Source of the DNA: Candidatus Bathyarchaeota archaeon
GTDB taxonomy: Archaea; Thermoproteota; Bathyarchaeia; Bathyarchaeales; Bathycorpusculaceae
DNA: 64,000 bases
Reading direction: 5' to 3'
Assembly: GCA_963826715.1 (NCBI GenBank)
Contig: CAWGYA010000006.1
Location: forward strand, 128,001 to 192,000
Shown here piece by piece: positions 19,804-30,622 of this stretch (its first letter is position 1; each line of letters starts with the position of its first letter). The notes beneath the pieces were generated by a model. That model had not been told where the DNA came from. It ran no database searches and saw only the letters and a list, made by a program, of their open reading frames with translations. The translations under genes were made by a program, and so were the position numbers.

Positions 19804-20418
19804 TTGTTAATTGAAACTTTTACAGTGGGCTTGTTATCAACCAATTGCTACGTTGCCAGTTGCAATTACACCAAAGAAGCCGTTATAATCGATCCAGGCT
19901 TAGATTATGAATCAGAAGCACAACAAATACTCGAGTATGTTGAGCATGCGAAACTCAAAATCAAATATATTATTAACACACATGGACATAATGACCATAT
20001 AAAAGGCGATGTAGTTTTTCAGAAAAAATTCTGCGTACCCATTTGTATACACAAACTCGATGCATACTTCCTTGAAACTTTGCCCAACTCAAACGCCCTT
20101 CCGCCTGTGATACTTGAGGAAGGTAATCTAATCGGGTTTGGCAACGAAAAACTAAAAGTTTTGCATACCCCAGGTCACACTCATGGATGTATTTGCCTTC
20201 AGACTGAGCGCCTTATATTCACTGGTGACACGCTGTTCGCAGGCAGTATCGGCAGAACAGATTTTCAAGAGGGTTCTATGACAGACATGAATTGTTCTCT
20301 GCAGCGGATAGAAAGATTACCGGATACGTTGCTAGTTTATCCTGGACACGGGGAAATGACGATGATTGGAGAAGAAAAAAGAGTGAACCCCTTCCTAAAC
20401 CATCAGTACCAGACCTAA
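19804..20418 (+). CDS. MBL-fold metallo-hydrolase (glyoxalase II-like)
   Basis: THGHNDH, HTPGHT, FTGDTLF, YPGHG. Confidence 0.9.
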   Translation: MLIETFTVGLLSTNCYVASCNYTKEAVIIDPGLDYESEAQQILEYVEHAKLKIKYIINTHGHNDHIKGDVVFQKKFCVPICIHKLDAYFLETLPNSNALPPVILEEGNLIGFGNEKLKVLHTPGHTHGCICLQTERLIFTGDTLFAGSIGRTDFQEGSMTDMNCSLQRIERLPDTLLVYPGHGEMTMIGEEKRVNPFLNHQYQT

Positions 20419-20428
20419 GTTTCAAGTT

Positions 20429-21428
20429 TTAGGCGGGCATGTTCTCTTTTAGTTCCCGTAGCGCCCTTAACCGCTTGATGAGGTTAGGGTGAGTTGAAAG
20501 AATTTCGCTGAACTTATCGAAAGATGTAGGCTCTTTAGCTAATGTTTCCCGCAAAAGAGCTTCTTTGGTAGTTGCATTGCTTGAGTGATGAAGTTCTGCA
20601 GAATCAACTGCAGCACGTTCGGGGTCAGAAATGAAAAGGGCTTTGAAGGCACTGTTGTTCTTTTTCTGCTGTTGCTGCTCGCGATTGGGTTTCATTATTC
20701 GTTTGCTTTCTTCCACAATAGTAACCAAACCAGTCGAAAGTTTCTCTGCCCCGTTCTCCACGATTGAAGCACTATGCCTGTCCGCGTAGTACTCTCGCAG
20801 ACGACTTAGATACAAAGTGAAAAGTGTGAGTATCCATGAAAACGCCATGAACGCTATTCCAAAAAGCGCGTTGTTGCCGCCGCCTTCACTTCGGCGTCCG
20901 CCGCTGAACATACCCTGAAGCAACATAACATATCCTATATAGTAGAATAACGCTGGAAGGAAAGAAACCACCATCATAACCTGGACGTCACGATGTTTTA
21001 AGTGCCCCAGTTCATGCCCGATTACAGCTTCAACTTCGCCATAATCAAGGTGATTTAGAAGTCCCTGTGTAACCGCTACTCGGCTTCCCGTTAGGGGAGA
21101 ACCATATGCGAAGGCGTTTGGTAATGGAATCTGAGCTAACATAAGTTTGGGTTTTGAGATTTGACTCTTTTTGCTTAAATCATCAACTATTTGGTGAAGC
21201 TTGGGGTTATCACTTTCCTTAAGTTCCTTGGCTTTGTATATTGCACCAACAAGATAGGGTGAGAGTAGCCATTGTACTAAGTTAAGTAACAAGAACGAGG
21301 CCGCCGATGGCATAGAGACTCAAACCGAAGCCCACCCAAGTCAATACAACAACAAAAATCAAGGTTGTTAAGCCGAAAATAGCTGCTAAAGTTGCAATCA
21401 TGGAAAAACGAAGTTTCCAAGCGTTCAT
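20429..21428 (-). CDS. htpX: HtpX/M48 zinc metalloprotease with a frameshift near 21287
   Basis: PNAFAYG, GHELGHLKHRD, SRLREYYAD, STHP. The N-terminal TM part (MNAWKLRFSMIATLAAIFGLTTLIF..., ATG 21428) is in a different frame. Confidence 0.85.
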
Positions 21429-21495
21429 GAAATTCACTCATCTCATCTTCTTGCACATGTTTATAACTTTTATGCGAAAACCAAAAAAAATATGC

Positions 21496-22296
21496 CTAAA
21501 ATTTACAAGCTGATGATATCATAAGGAGCCGTGTAGCGTCGGCACTATAGGGTTGCATCGCGTAACCACCGAAAACACTCTCAACCACAAACTCAGCTTT
21601 AATCAGCAACTTCTCAAGTTGTATCCGGTCATAAAGGCGGACTTGATGCTCAAAAGTTAAAATTCGCCCATCCTCCTTAGTATAAACCACCCATAAATCA
21701 CGAAGTAAACTACTGTCTCGGTGCAATGAACGTTTTTGCAATAGCAAAAAACTCGGGTAGCATCGCCACTTAAAAGCCCAAAAAAGCAGCCGAATACTGT
21801 GGAGCTTTAAGAGTAGAGGCAACCCCGCCAATTTAAGCCGCTTAGAAAATCTCCGATGCAGGTATCTTCTGGTCAGGTGTTCAAGATTGAAGACATCCAA
21901 AAAAAATCTTCCGCCGGAATGCATCACACGCCGAAGTTCCACGAGACTCTGTTGGTCCGCATCATGAGTGGGCAAATAACCAAAACTCGTATCCATACTT
22001 ATTGCTTTCTCAAATATCTCTGCTTTGAAGGGCAAAAACCTCATATCCCCCAAAACTACCGCAACGCCATGATTACGTTGCTTGGCAATTTTCAGTAACC
22101 GCCGGGAAACATCTATTCCAACCACCTCAAATCCTGCTTCTGAGAGAGGTATGGAGTGACGCCCTGTTCCACAGGCAACATCTAAAACAACGCCAACTCC
22201 AATGAGCTGCTTTTTTAGGAACTGTATTTGGTTACTAGTCTGATTTTTGTCGGCGATTTCCGCCCAGAACTGAGACATTTTATCAAAGATATTAAT
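21496..22296 (-). CDS. class I SAM-dependent methyltransferase
   Basis: VLDVACGTGRHS, GDMRFLP; start at ATG 22278 or ATT 22296 (after GGTGGAG). Confidence 0.85.
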   Translation of the reverse strand: MNIFDKMSQFWAEIADKNQTSNQIQFLKKQLIGVGVVLDVACGTGRHSIPLSEAGFEVVGIDVSRRLLKIAKQRNHGVAVVLGDMRFLPFKAEIFEKAISMDTSFGYLPTHDADQQSLVELRRVMHSGGRFFLDVFNLEHLTRRYLHRRFSKRLKLAGLPLLLKLHSIRLLFWAFKWRCYPSFLLLQKRSLHRDSSLLRDLWVVYTKEDGRILTFEHQVRLYDRIQLEKLLIKAEFVVESVFGGYAMQPYSADATRLLMISSACKF

Positions 22297-22448
22297 CGAC
22301 TAAATCTCCACCATATGAGGTTTAGGAGCCCTTTATCTAATTAATTATCCGCGCAATATCTTAAGAACCAACACATATACAATAAGTTATTGAGGAATTT
22401 GATTGAATCCTGTGGGTTGGTGAACTTTGCACTTTGATTGGAGATTAA

Positions 22449-22793
22449 ATGGAAATTACCATTGGATACAGATATACTTTAACTTTGACGGCACCTTCCG
22501 CCTATTTAGCTGGACCCAATGAAGGCTCATGGGTATTATCCGATGACATTATTATTTTGAGGTTTAAGCGTTCCTCCGGATCAGAAAACAACACTATCTA
22601 CTCGGGTGAAGCAACCAGAAACTTCATGTCAGGAGCCATGATGTCAACCAATGGAGAAAGAGGACACTGGTTTGCGATAAAGAAAAGCACCAAAGTTTAC
22701 GCTCTAAATGAGAAAACGACCCTCCCTTATCTGGTAGAAAAAGAGAGCAAACCAAAAATTGATGCGGCAGGCAACAAAATACCAATGCAATAA
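22449..22793 (+). CDS. hypothetical protein
   Basis: ORF with GGAGA ribosome-binding site; no recognised motif. Confidence 0.55.
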   Translation: MEITIGYRYTLTLTAPSAYLAGPNEGSWVLSDDIIILRFKRSSGSENNTIYSGEATRNFMSGAMMSTNGERGHWFAIKKSTKVYALNEKTTLPYLVEKESKPKIDAAGNKIPMQ

Positions 22794-22864
22794 AGGAAAA
22801 CAAAACTGGTTTCGAGCCGCTTAAATATGCAACAGTTCATTTTCTAAATATTGGAGATTCCTGC

Positions 22865-23554
22865 ATGACACAGAAACAGCGGTGGCAGCATCAATATATG
22901 CTCCTAAAACTCGCCGAGATGGGGACTTACAACCGAACCGCCAAAATTTCAACAGATTATTTAGCCAAGAAACTTGGCATTTCTCAGCAGACAGCTTCCA
23001 GATATCTTATTGAGCTAGAACATATAGATTGGATTAGCCGCAATGTTACTCCTGAGGGCAGCCTCATTGAAATCAAAGGGGAAGGTGTAGTTGAGCTTCA
23101 GAGAATCTATTCCAACCTAAAAGTTCTTATGGAGAAAACTTATCCGCCATCAGTTACTCTGGAAGGAACTGTCTTTACGGGACTGGGCGAAGGTGCATAT
23201 TATATCTCCAAGCCTGACTACAAAAAACAGATTATAGAAAAACTCGGCTTCGAACCTTTTCCAGGCACCCTAAACGTAAAGTTAACCTCGGACTATGATA
23301 TAAAAACCCGAATGGAGTTAGAGGCATACCCAGCGTTGGAGGTCATGGGCTTTCAGGGAAAAGACCGCAGTTTTGGATTGGTCAAGTGCTACCCTGCCAT
23401 CATCGGGGGCAAGGCCCAAGGTGCCTTGATAACAGCTCTTCGTAGTCATTACGACGCTTCAGTTCTTGAAATCATTGCGTCTGTCTGCTTGCGCAAACAG
23501 CTGGGACTTAAAGATGGGAACAAAGTTAAAGTCGAAATATATACATCTCTTTAA
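22865..23554 (+). CDS. ribK: wHTH-fused CTP-dependent riboflavin kinase (RbkR-type)
   Basis: N-terminal HTH (LAKKLGISQQTASRYL); GTVFTGLGEGAYY, FEPFPGTLN, LEIIASVCLRKQLGLKDG. Confidence 0.92.
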   Translation: MTQKQRWQHQYMLLKLAEMGTYNRTAKISTDYLAKKLGISQQTASRYLIELEHIDWISRNVTPEGSLIEIKGEGVVELQRIYSNLKVLMEKTYPPSVTLEGTVFTGLGEGAYYISKPDYKKQIIEKLGFEPFPGTLNVKLTSDYDIKTRMELEAYPALEVMGFQGKDRSFGLVKCYPAIIGGKAQGALITALRSHYDASVLEIIASVCLRKQLGLKDGNKVKVEIYTSL

Positions 23555-23557
23555 CTC

Positions 23558-24163
23558 CTAAAATGGTGATGTTCGATACTTGAATTCAGCCGTGTATTGC
23601 TGGTGCGGTTTTCGTCGAGTAGCAATGATGTATCCGAGTACTAAACCGAAAACCAAGCCACCAAGATGCGCAAGTATGTTTACTCCTTCGCCTGTGTTAA
23701 TAAAGAAAAGGAAAAAAGCATACACTAATGCTCCCAGAATAGACTGCCTCACTGAACGACGATCGTATATTATGCATGCACCAAATAGGGAGAAGATGGC
23801 TCCTGAAGCTCCCACCGAGATGAAGTAGGGACCAAACACCAATGATAATAGGTTCCCAGCTAATCCTCCAAGCAAATATATTGCAATGAATTCGGGAAGC
23901 GAAAACATTTCTTCTCCGCGCAACCCGAAAATCAGCAGAAACAGCATGTTACCGACTAAGTGGAAGAGTGATGCATGAATAAACATAGACGTGATTAGCT
24001 GCCAGTAGGCGCCTTGAAAAACAAAGGCATTGACCTGCCCCCATACATAAACAACGTTATTACCCGTTGTTAAAGCGTTTCCGCCTACGATAGCACCTAC
24101 AATGTAGATAACCACGTTTAATATGATAAGTATGTAGGTAGGCTTGTATTTCTCGCTGTTCAT
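23558..24163 (-). CDS. rhomboid intramembrane serine protease
   Basis: WQLITSMFIHASLFHLVGNM, GASGA, AHLGG. Confidence 0.92.
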   Translation of the reverse strand: MNSEKYKPTYILIILNVVIYIVGAIVGGNALTTGNNVVYVWGQVNAFVFQGAYWQLITSMFIHASLFHLVGNMLFLLIFGLRGEEMFSLPEFIAIYLLGGLAGNLLSLVFGPYFISVGASGAIFSLFGACIIYDRRSVRQSILGALVYAFFLFFINTGEGVNILAHLGGLVFGLVLGYIIATRRKPHQQYTAEFKYRTSPF

Positions 24164-24174
24164 GGCGACATCAA

Positions 24175-24639
24175 TTACTTTGAGAGCTTATCAATTATTT
24201 TCTGTTTAATCTTTGAGGAACTAACTAAAGAATTCTCCTCAAACTTTCCCAACCTAATGACAGAAATATCTAGTTTATGTGCCGCCAAATAAGCCTTAAC
24301 TTCATTTTCCATATCTGTTTGGTCATAGCCCAAAGCAATAACATCTGGCTTGATTTTCTCGATGACCTCTCCAATTTCTAAGCCCTCATAACCCAAAATT
24401 GCCTTGTCAACTACACGCAGTGACTCAACAACTGCACGGCGCTCATCCTCATTCATGATTGGCTTTCTACCCTTGGTTTTCTGTGCAGTACTATCTTTGG
24501 CGATAATCACGATTAATTTTGACTTGGTACCGCCCGTTTTTTTGGCGGCCTCAAGAAACCTCACATGCCCTAGATGCAACAGATCAAAGACACCAGAAGC
24601 TAAAACTAACTTTCGTTTTGTACTTGCTTTGTCGGCCAT
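24175..24639 (-). CDS. ribL: archaeal FAD synthetase
   Basis: GVFDLLHLGH, KPDVIALGYDQ, SSSKIK; near ribK. Confidence 0.88.
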   Translation of the reverse strand: MADKASTKRKLVLASGVFDLLHLGHVRFLEAAKKTGGTKSKLIVIIAKDSTAQKTKGRKPIMNEDERRAVVESLRVVDKAILGYEGLEIGEVIEKIKPDVIALGYDQTDMENEVKAYLAAHKLDISVIRLGKFEENSLVSSSKIKQKIIDKLSK

Positions 24640-24890
24640 ACAAACTTCACTGCACCAATTAATCGTAGCGCGTCAAGTAGCCCTTCACAATAAGCTACCG
24701 ACGTTAAACTGGTTTCAAGCTTGCCCTGCGCCTTATAATACTTTGCATCATTAAGGTAATCTCTGGCCCAAGCCAAAACCTCAGTCACATTAGTCCCCCC
24801 CACATCAATAGGAAGCTGCATCAGTTCAAGTTCTGAAAAAACCTTTTCGGCTGAAAAAATGTATTTAGCCGCAAGTGCTTCAAGACTCAT
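24606..24890 (-). CDS. DUF357 protein
   Basis: ARDYLNDAKYY...SVAYCEGLLDALR; located between dph5 and ribL. Confidence 0.8.
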   Translation of the reverse strand: MSLEALAAKYIFSAEKVFSELELMQLPIDVGGTNVTEVLAWARDYLNDAKYYKAQGKLETSLTSVAYCEGLLDALRLIGAVKFVWPTKQVQNES

Positions 24891-25684
24891 TCAGATAACC
24901 TCTTAAATTCTGACGGGGCAGCTGCAAATGTAATTAACGCGTCGATTTCCATAAAGTGCAAACTACCAGGAACGATTAAACTGAAGGGCGGATCGCCAAA
25001 ATCGAATCCCACCAAGTTGCCAATAAAATCAGCCTTCAAGCATGGATTGGCGCTACCTGCGCGAGCTATTCCTAAAGCGGGCGTATTGGGTTTTATTACC
25101 CCAAGTTGCTTTTTTGCTTCAACCTCTAAAAGTTCCCTAATACTTTCGTTGATTGTTAGGTACCTGTTTTCCGTTACCCTCAAGTCTAAAAGGCAAAGCG
25201 TATGCAACCCCAGGTTTTTGTTTTGCCTTATCACGTTATATGGTGTTTCTGAGAAGTTATCAGAGAAAGGCACTGTTACCGTTTTCCCGAACTTGTAGTT
25301 ATGGAGTCCAGATAGGCTCACTATGGCAGATGTAATTGATATGCCATGAACCACGCGCGTTGGGATACCCATTTTTTGGGCGTCAATACGCAATGTAATG
25401 TGAGTTGTTGCAATAAAGGGATCACCGGGAACCAAAAAAACTGCCTTGCTAGCTTGTGCAACTTCAAGAATAATTTTGCCATTTTCTTCTTCAAGGTCCT
25501 GGCGGGTGATCAACTGGATTTTTTTACCGCACATAGCTTCAAAATTCGCCATAGAAAAGTCGGGCATGCGACTTGTGTATGTTTCCATAAACACCACATC
25601 GGCGCTCTTGGTTTCCTCTAAACCGTTCACTGTTATGCCATGCTCATCGTTTAAGCCCAAACCAACGAATACAAGTTCCTTCAA
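24887..25684 (-). CDS. dph5: diphthine synthase
   Basis: FVGLGL, METYTS, PGDPFIATTH, GLHNYKFGKTVT, GLHTLCLLD. Confidence 0.95.
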   Translation of the reverse strand: MKELVFVGLGLNDEHGITVNGLEETKSADVVFMETYTSRMPDFSMANFEAMCGKKIQLITRQDLEEENGKIILEVAQASKAVFLVPGDPFIATTHITLRIDAQKMGIPTRVVHGISITSAIVSLSGLHNYKFGKTVTVPFSDNFSETPYNVIRQNKNLGLHTLCLLDLRVTENRYLTINESIRELLEVEAKKQLGVIKPNTPALGIARAGSANPCLKADFIGNLVGFDFGDPPFSLIVPGSLHFMEIDALITFAAAPSEFKRLSE

Positions 25685-25724
25685 GACTATCCATTACTCT
25701 TTTTGGGGGAGACCCTGATTTAAG

Positions 25725-25913
25725 TTATTTTTCTTTAATTTCGCCCTTCTTAATTAACTCATCATAGAGTGCACGGCAGGAATCTATGGAAAGGCTGTAG
25801 CGTTGACAAAATGTTGTGAGGATTTCCCCAACTGGCTCATCTGGTTTTCTTTCGTCAATCATATCTTTTAGCGCTTGAAGTGAATGTTCTTTGTCGACTA
25901 AATTTTTACTCAT
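25725..25913 (-). CDS. small hypothetical protein
   Basis: ORF upstream of dph5 on the same strand. Confidence 0.55.
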   Translation of the reverse strand: MSKNLVDKEHSLQALKDMIDERKPDEPVGEILTTFCQRYSLSIDSCRALYDELIKKGEIKEK

Positions 25914-26062
25914 AATCTCAGCCCGGAGTTATACAATACACATTGTTGTACCTGTGGAAAAGGGTTTTGCTAAAGATACACTTTGGATGGAACATCCAAC
26001 CAAACCTTTATATGATTACATGAAAAAGGAAGCATAGTTCAGCGGCGTGCAAAGGGAATAAA

Positions 26063-27196
26063 ATGAAGCCTATTGAGAATTTGGTTAGAGATAACGTTAA
26101 AAACTTAAAACCTTGCCCTCACGGCGCAGAAGTTTACGGCGCTGCCGAAGAAAGCGGGTTAAGCGCCTTTGACATTTTAGATTTCAGTTCCAGCGTGAAC
26201 CCTTTTGGTCCATCTAAAAGAGCCCTTGTTGCGGCCAAATCGGCATTTAGCGAAATCTCAGCTTATCCTGACTCGAACTCAAATGCGCTACGTCAAAACA
26301 TTTCAAGCCGCTATAAAGGTTTGAGCAAAGATAACATAATTGTTGGTAATGGCTCAACTGAGCTCATGTATCTCTTCGCTGAAGTCTTCCTCAAAAAAGG
26401 GGACAAAGCCTTGATGGCGGCACCAACATTTGGAGAATACGAGGCGGCAGTGCGCAAAACAGGTGAACAAGTAAAATTCGTTAAACTTGATAAGACCTTT
26501 CAAATTGATGCCGAAACTTTCAAGAGGGAAATGGCAGGGGTCAAAATGGCATTCTTGTGCAACCCCAACAACCCCACCAGCAAACTAATCCCCCAAAACA
26601 CTCTCACTGACATCTTGGAAACCGCGCTATCACAGGATATTCTAATATTTCTTGACGAGGACTTCCTTGAATTTATTGATGATGAAAAAGAACGATCCTT
26701 AATTAGCAAAATCATCAGGTTTCCCAATCTATTTGTGTTGCGTTCATTCACCAAAATCTTCGGCTTAACTGGGCTTCGGGTGGGCTACGGCATAACCAGT
26801 AGAGAAATTGCCGATATGCTACTCTGCGCAAAGATTCCGTGGAATGTGAATTGTTTAGCACAAGCAGCTGCCAATGCTGCACTTGAGGATGAAGAGCATT
26901 TGTCAGTAACTCGGGAGCTTATTAAAAAAGAAAAAGTGTGGCTTGGACACGAACTAAGCAAATTTAACGGCTTTAGCTTTGAAATGCCAGACGCGAACTT
27001 TTTCTTCATAGACATCCGCAACGCTGCTTTAACGGCAAATGCGTTAAAACATAGAATGCTAAAAAAGGGTATTCTAATCCGGGACTGCAGCTCCTTTAAT
27101 GGATTAAATGAATTCTATATCCGAGTAGGTGTTAAAACCCATGAAGAGAACGTGCGGCTAATTGAGGCGTTTGAGAAGGCGTTAAAGTCGGTTTGA
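26063..27196 (+). CDS. cobD: L-threonine-O-3-phosphate decarboxylase (HisC-like PLP enzyme)
   Basis: HG..., DFSSSVNP, YPD, GNGSTE, CNPNNPT, LRSFTKIFGLTGLRVGY; adjacent to cbiB. Confidence 0.8.
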   Translation: MKPIENLVRDNVKNLKPCPHGAEVYGAAEESGLSAFDILDFSSSVNPFGPSKRALVAAKSAFSEISAYPDSNSNALRQNISSRYKGLSKDNIIVGNGSTELMYLFAEVFLKKGDKALMAAPTFGEYEAAVRKTGEQVKFVKLDKTFQIDAETFKREMAGVKMAFLCNPNNPTSKLIPQNTLTDILETALSQDILIFLDEDFLEFIDDEKERSLISKIIRFPNLFVLRSFTKIFGLTGLRVGYGITSREIADMLLCAKIPWNVNCLAQAAANAALEDEEHLSVTRELIKKEKVWLGHELSKFNGFSFEMPDANFFFIDIRNAALTANALKHRMLKKGILIRDCSSFNGLNEFYIRVGVKTHEENVRLIEAFEKALKSV

Positions 27197-27203
27197 TTGA
27201 ATT

Positions 27204-28184
27204 ATGTTGGCACTTAACGTCTCCTTGCTTTTGGATTCAGCTCTTATTTTTTTCTTAGCATTCATTATTGATTTAGTTTTAGGTGAGTATCCCGACCACA
27301 TCCACCCCACAATAGGCATTGGGAAACTGATTCTTTTCTTCAAAAAGAAAGTTAAACACCCAAATCCGAATATTGAGAAAATCAATGGATCCTTGATGGC
27401 TATAGCTATCATTCTGATTACAGCGTTACCAGTTTTTGTATTGCTCTATTGGATAAGAACCCTACCTCAACCATTAGGCGAAGTGCTCTACATAATAATC
27501 GGAGCAATACTATTCAAAGCCACATTCGCTATAAGCGGCATGGGACAGTATACCAAACCTATTGCAGCCGCATTAAAACACGAAGATTTGGATTGCGCCC
27601 GCAAATGGCTTCCTTACATCGTCCGCCGTGATCCTAAAACCTTAAACGAGCGCCAAATCATATCCGCTGCTGTTGAATCCATCGCTGAGAGCACCACAGA
27701 TGGCATTACCTCGCCTTTCTTCTTCTTCGCTCTCTTCGGGGTCCCAGGAGCGTTTGCTTACCGAGTGATTAACACACTGGATTCTATGGTAGGCTACCAG
27801 AATATTGAGTACCAAAACATCGGCTGGTTCAGTGCAAAACTCGACACAATCACTAATTACATTCCCGCTAGAATAACGGCATATTTGATGGTTATTTCCG
27901 CTTTTCTACTTCGTGAGGATTGGCGTGATTCATGGCGAGTTCTGCAACGCGACAAACACAAAACTTCAAGCCCGAACGCGGGATTCACAATTTCAGCAAT
28001 GGCTGGTGCATTAAACATTCAACTCGAGAAGAAGGGCTGCTATCGACTCGGTGATGACAAAGGCAAAATCTCTCATGAGAACATTGGTAAAGCACTAAAG
28101 ATGATGATTTTGACGGCGGCACTGTTTGGGTTGGTATTAGTTGTACCAGTTTTGGCGCTGCGTATTTATTTTTTCGGAGTATAA
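27204..28184 (+). CDS. cbiB: adenosylcobinamide-phosphate synthase
   Basis: LGEYPDHIHP, AVESIAESTTDG, YRVINTLDSMVGY, SPNAG. Confidence 0.93.
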   Translation: MLALNVSLLLDSALIFFLAFIIDLVLGEYPDHIHPTIGIGKLILFFKKKVKHPNPNIEKINGSLMAIAIILITALPVFVLLYWIRTLPQPLGEVLYIIIGAILFKATFAISGMGQYTKPIAAALKHEDLDCARKWLPYIVRRDPKTLNERQIISAAVESIAESTTDGITSPFFFFALFGVPGAFAYRVINTLDSMVGYQNIEYQNIGWFSAKLDTITNYIPARITAYLMVISAFLLREDWRDSWRVLQRDKHKTSSPNAGFTISAMAGALNIQLEKKGCYRLGDDKGKISHENIGKALKMMILTAALFGLVLVVPVLALRIYFFGV

Positions 28185-28329
28185 ACAGCTGGTTTTAAGC
28201 AAGTTTTAGAGTTGATTTTGGGTCCATATTTAGCTACCCCGCTTTTAGGGTTCTAAAGGTTCTAATTGGCTCCAAAGCTGATGAAAACAGGAACCATTAT
28301 AGCAAAACAAAAAAGTATTAATGAGAAGT

Positions 28330-28575
28330 TTAAGCATCAAAACTCTGCTGGAACCCAGTAAGTCTTATGTTGCATCCACATCTGCCGCAAGAGATTACCA
28401 ATGCGGCAAGTTCATCATTGACTACTTTGGTATCCAAGATTTGATAATTTTCTTCTGTTTCGTCATCAGGCGATATAGATATGCCGCATTTTGGACAGCT
28501 AAACGAGCCGTCGCCTTCGACACTGGCTAAGTTTATGGTCTGTTCACATTTCTTGTCCAGCTTTTTCATCATCAT
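28330..28575 (-). CDS. small zinc-ribbon protein
   Basis: CPKCG...CGRCG. Confidence 0.7.
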   Translation of the reverse strand: MMMKKLDKKCEQTINLASVEGDGSFSCPKCGISISPDDETEENYQILDTKVVNDELAALVISCGRCGCNIRLTGFQQSFDA

Positions 28576-28700
28576 TCTTCTTCCTTCACTTCTATAATAT
28601 TTTGGTTAAATAACAATTATGAATCATTAGTCTGTAACCAAGCTCCATTTAAATTTTCACCCAAATTAAGAAAAAAGAAAAGGAGTTTTCTATCTTTTTC

Positions 28701-30596
28701 TTAAGCAGAAGCTTCTTTTTCAAAGCATTCAGGCGAGATATAGTCGCCGTACTTCGCTTGCGCATCTAAAAGTCGTTGACGTTGCATATAGAGTAAGCCG
28801 AAAAGCTCCAACGGTGTTTCAGTAACGTTTGCTTGATAGAACTCCTGAACCCTTTCGATCTTTGCCAAGTTCTCTGGCACACGGGTTGTGAATTGCCTGA
28901 TGTAGTCTTCCTTAGTGTAGTTTTTGTCAAGCACCTGTTTGAAGAGTTTTTTAAGGTCATCATATTTCGGAATGAAACCTGTGGGGGCTTTGAGGGCTCC
29001 GACTTCATTGTGCACACGCAACTCCATCCATTTGATCCAGACATGCTTATCCTGCGGGCTGTTAAGGTATTTTCCGTTGCTTTCCTCTCGCAGGAAATAG
29101 TTTACCCCGAAGACTATGGGTTGCTTTTGGAGTTTACATCCAAAATTAAGATTGTTCTGAACGTTTCGACCAAGCGGTATGGAGATAAAGTCTTGGATAC
29201 TCATCATGTTGATTTCAGGAACACCTTCTTTGCCTATAGTGGCAAAGGTCGTTTCTGTTTCTAATGATGCACCATATGCAATAATACCATGTTCCCAGCT
29301 GAAACTCTGCTGCACAGGCACATAGGCTTTTGTGTCCCGTCCACCATACATTATCCCACCAACTTCAACACCGCTGGGATTATCTAGTTCAGGGTCACAG
29401 TTCTCCAATGCTTTAAGCGTAACTGCATAGCGAGCGTTTTTGTGGGCTGCAGGGATATCCTTTCCTGCTTCGTCCTTTTTACCGTCATACCAAGTTCCTG
29501 AAAAGTTTAAGCCATCTTTAGGTAGCTCTTGCCCCATGCCAAGCCAGTAGGGTTTACCATCCTTAACGAGGATGTTGGAAAAAATAATTTCGCCAGGTGA
29601 ATTGAGCACTTTCCAGATTAAGGCGTCATCTTTTGGATTCACGTCTTGAATGATTCCAAAGATACCGGATTCGACGTTGACAGCTCTCGCCGCGGAATCA
29701 ATTTCGCGAATATATGCAATATCGTCACCGAGAATGGTTTCGCCAGGAAGCATTGCAGTCGATGTTTTGCCGCAAGCACTCGGGAAAGCGCCTGCAAAAT
29801 AGGTTTTACGACCACCAGGTCCAAAGACACCCATAAGCAACATATGTTCAGCAAGCCAACCTTCGCTGCTAGCTTTGCGGATAGCAAGACGAAAAGCAAG
29901 TTTTTTGAAGCCCACACTGTTGCCTGCGTATTGAGTGTTAACGCTGTAAATTGTTTCGTCCATATGGTCGATATAAATGCGTTTTTTGTTGCAGTCAACG
30001 CTGACCATGTCACCGCTCAGTTTACCTGCAGAATGCAAAACCTTGAGGAACTCGGTTTTGTTACCAACTTTAACAAACTGTTCATAGCCCGGTCTGTATA
30101 GCAATGATTCTGAATGAGCAACATACCAAGAGTCTGTACACTGTAACCCAAGTATAGTGAACACTGAATCGGCAGGTCCAAGGGCAATAAAACGCACAAT
30201 CATGGTTTTGCCAACCATTGAATTACGCAATAAACCCAAAACTTCTAGAAGACCTTCTTGGCGGTCTACTTGGTTTAGGGCTTTGCTCAAAGTAACGCCC
30301 TTCGCAACGAGGTATTTGGTTGCTTGGCGATCTCTGCCTTGGTCTTGTTCACCGTCAAAGTGAACGGTGTGACCTTCAAGTTTCAGGATTGCTTTTTCTT
30401 CACCAGTGGATATGGATTGTTTCCTGATATGCTCAAGGTCTTCGGCTGAGTCTGTACAAATAAAAATTTGTTCAGGATGACAGAGATCGCTTTCTTTTGC
30501 TATAAACTCGTGCACATTGGGATTATCGATTGCGCTTAGTTTTTTGAAGTCCATTGGACTTAGTTTTTGTTGAAGTGCTTCTAAATATGGATTCAT
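28701..30596 (-). CDS. pckG: phosphoenolpyruvate carboxykinase (GTP)
   Basis: AFPSACGKT, GDDIAY, GWLAEHM, YGGRD, VNYF. Confidence 0.95.
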   Translation of the reverse strand: MNPYLEALQQKLSPMDFKKLSAIDNPNVHEFIAKESDLCHPEQIFICTDSAEDLEHIRKQSISTGEEKAILKLEGHTVHFDGEQDQGRDRQATKYLVAKGVTLSKALNQVDRQEGLLEVLGLLRNSMVGKTMIVRFIALGPADSVFTILGLQCTDSWYVAHSESLLYRPGYEQFVKVGNKTEFLKVLHSAGKLSGDMVSVDCNKKRIYIDHMDETIYSVNTQYAGNSVGFKKLAFRLAIRKASSEGWLAEHMLLMGVFGPGGRKTYFAGAFPSACGKTSTAMLPGETILGDDIAYIREIDSAARAVNVESGIFGIIQDVNPKDDALIWKVLNSPGEIIFSNILVKDGKPYWLGMGQELPKDGLNFSGTWYDGKKDEAGKDIPAAHKNARYAVTLKALENCDPELDNPSGVEVGGIMYGGRDTKAYVPVQQSFSWEHGIIAYGASLETETTFATIGKEGVPEINMMSIQDFISIPLGRNVQNNLNFGCKLQKQPIVFGVNYFLREESNGKYLNSPQDKHVWIKWMELRVHNEVGALKAPTGFIPKYDDLKKLFKQVLDKNYTKEDYIRQFTTRVPENLAKIERVQEFYQANVTETPLELFGLLYMQRQRLLDAQAKYGDYISPECFEKEASA

Positions 30597-30622
30597 GGAT
30601 TTTTCAGTCCGTTCTTTTTATT

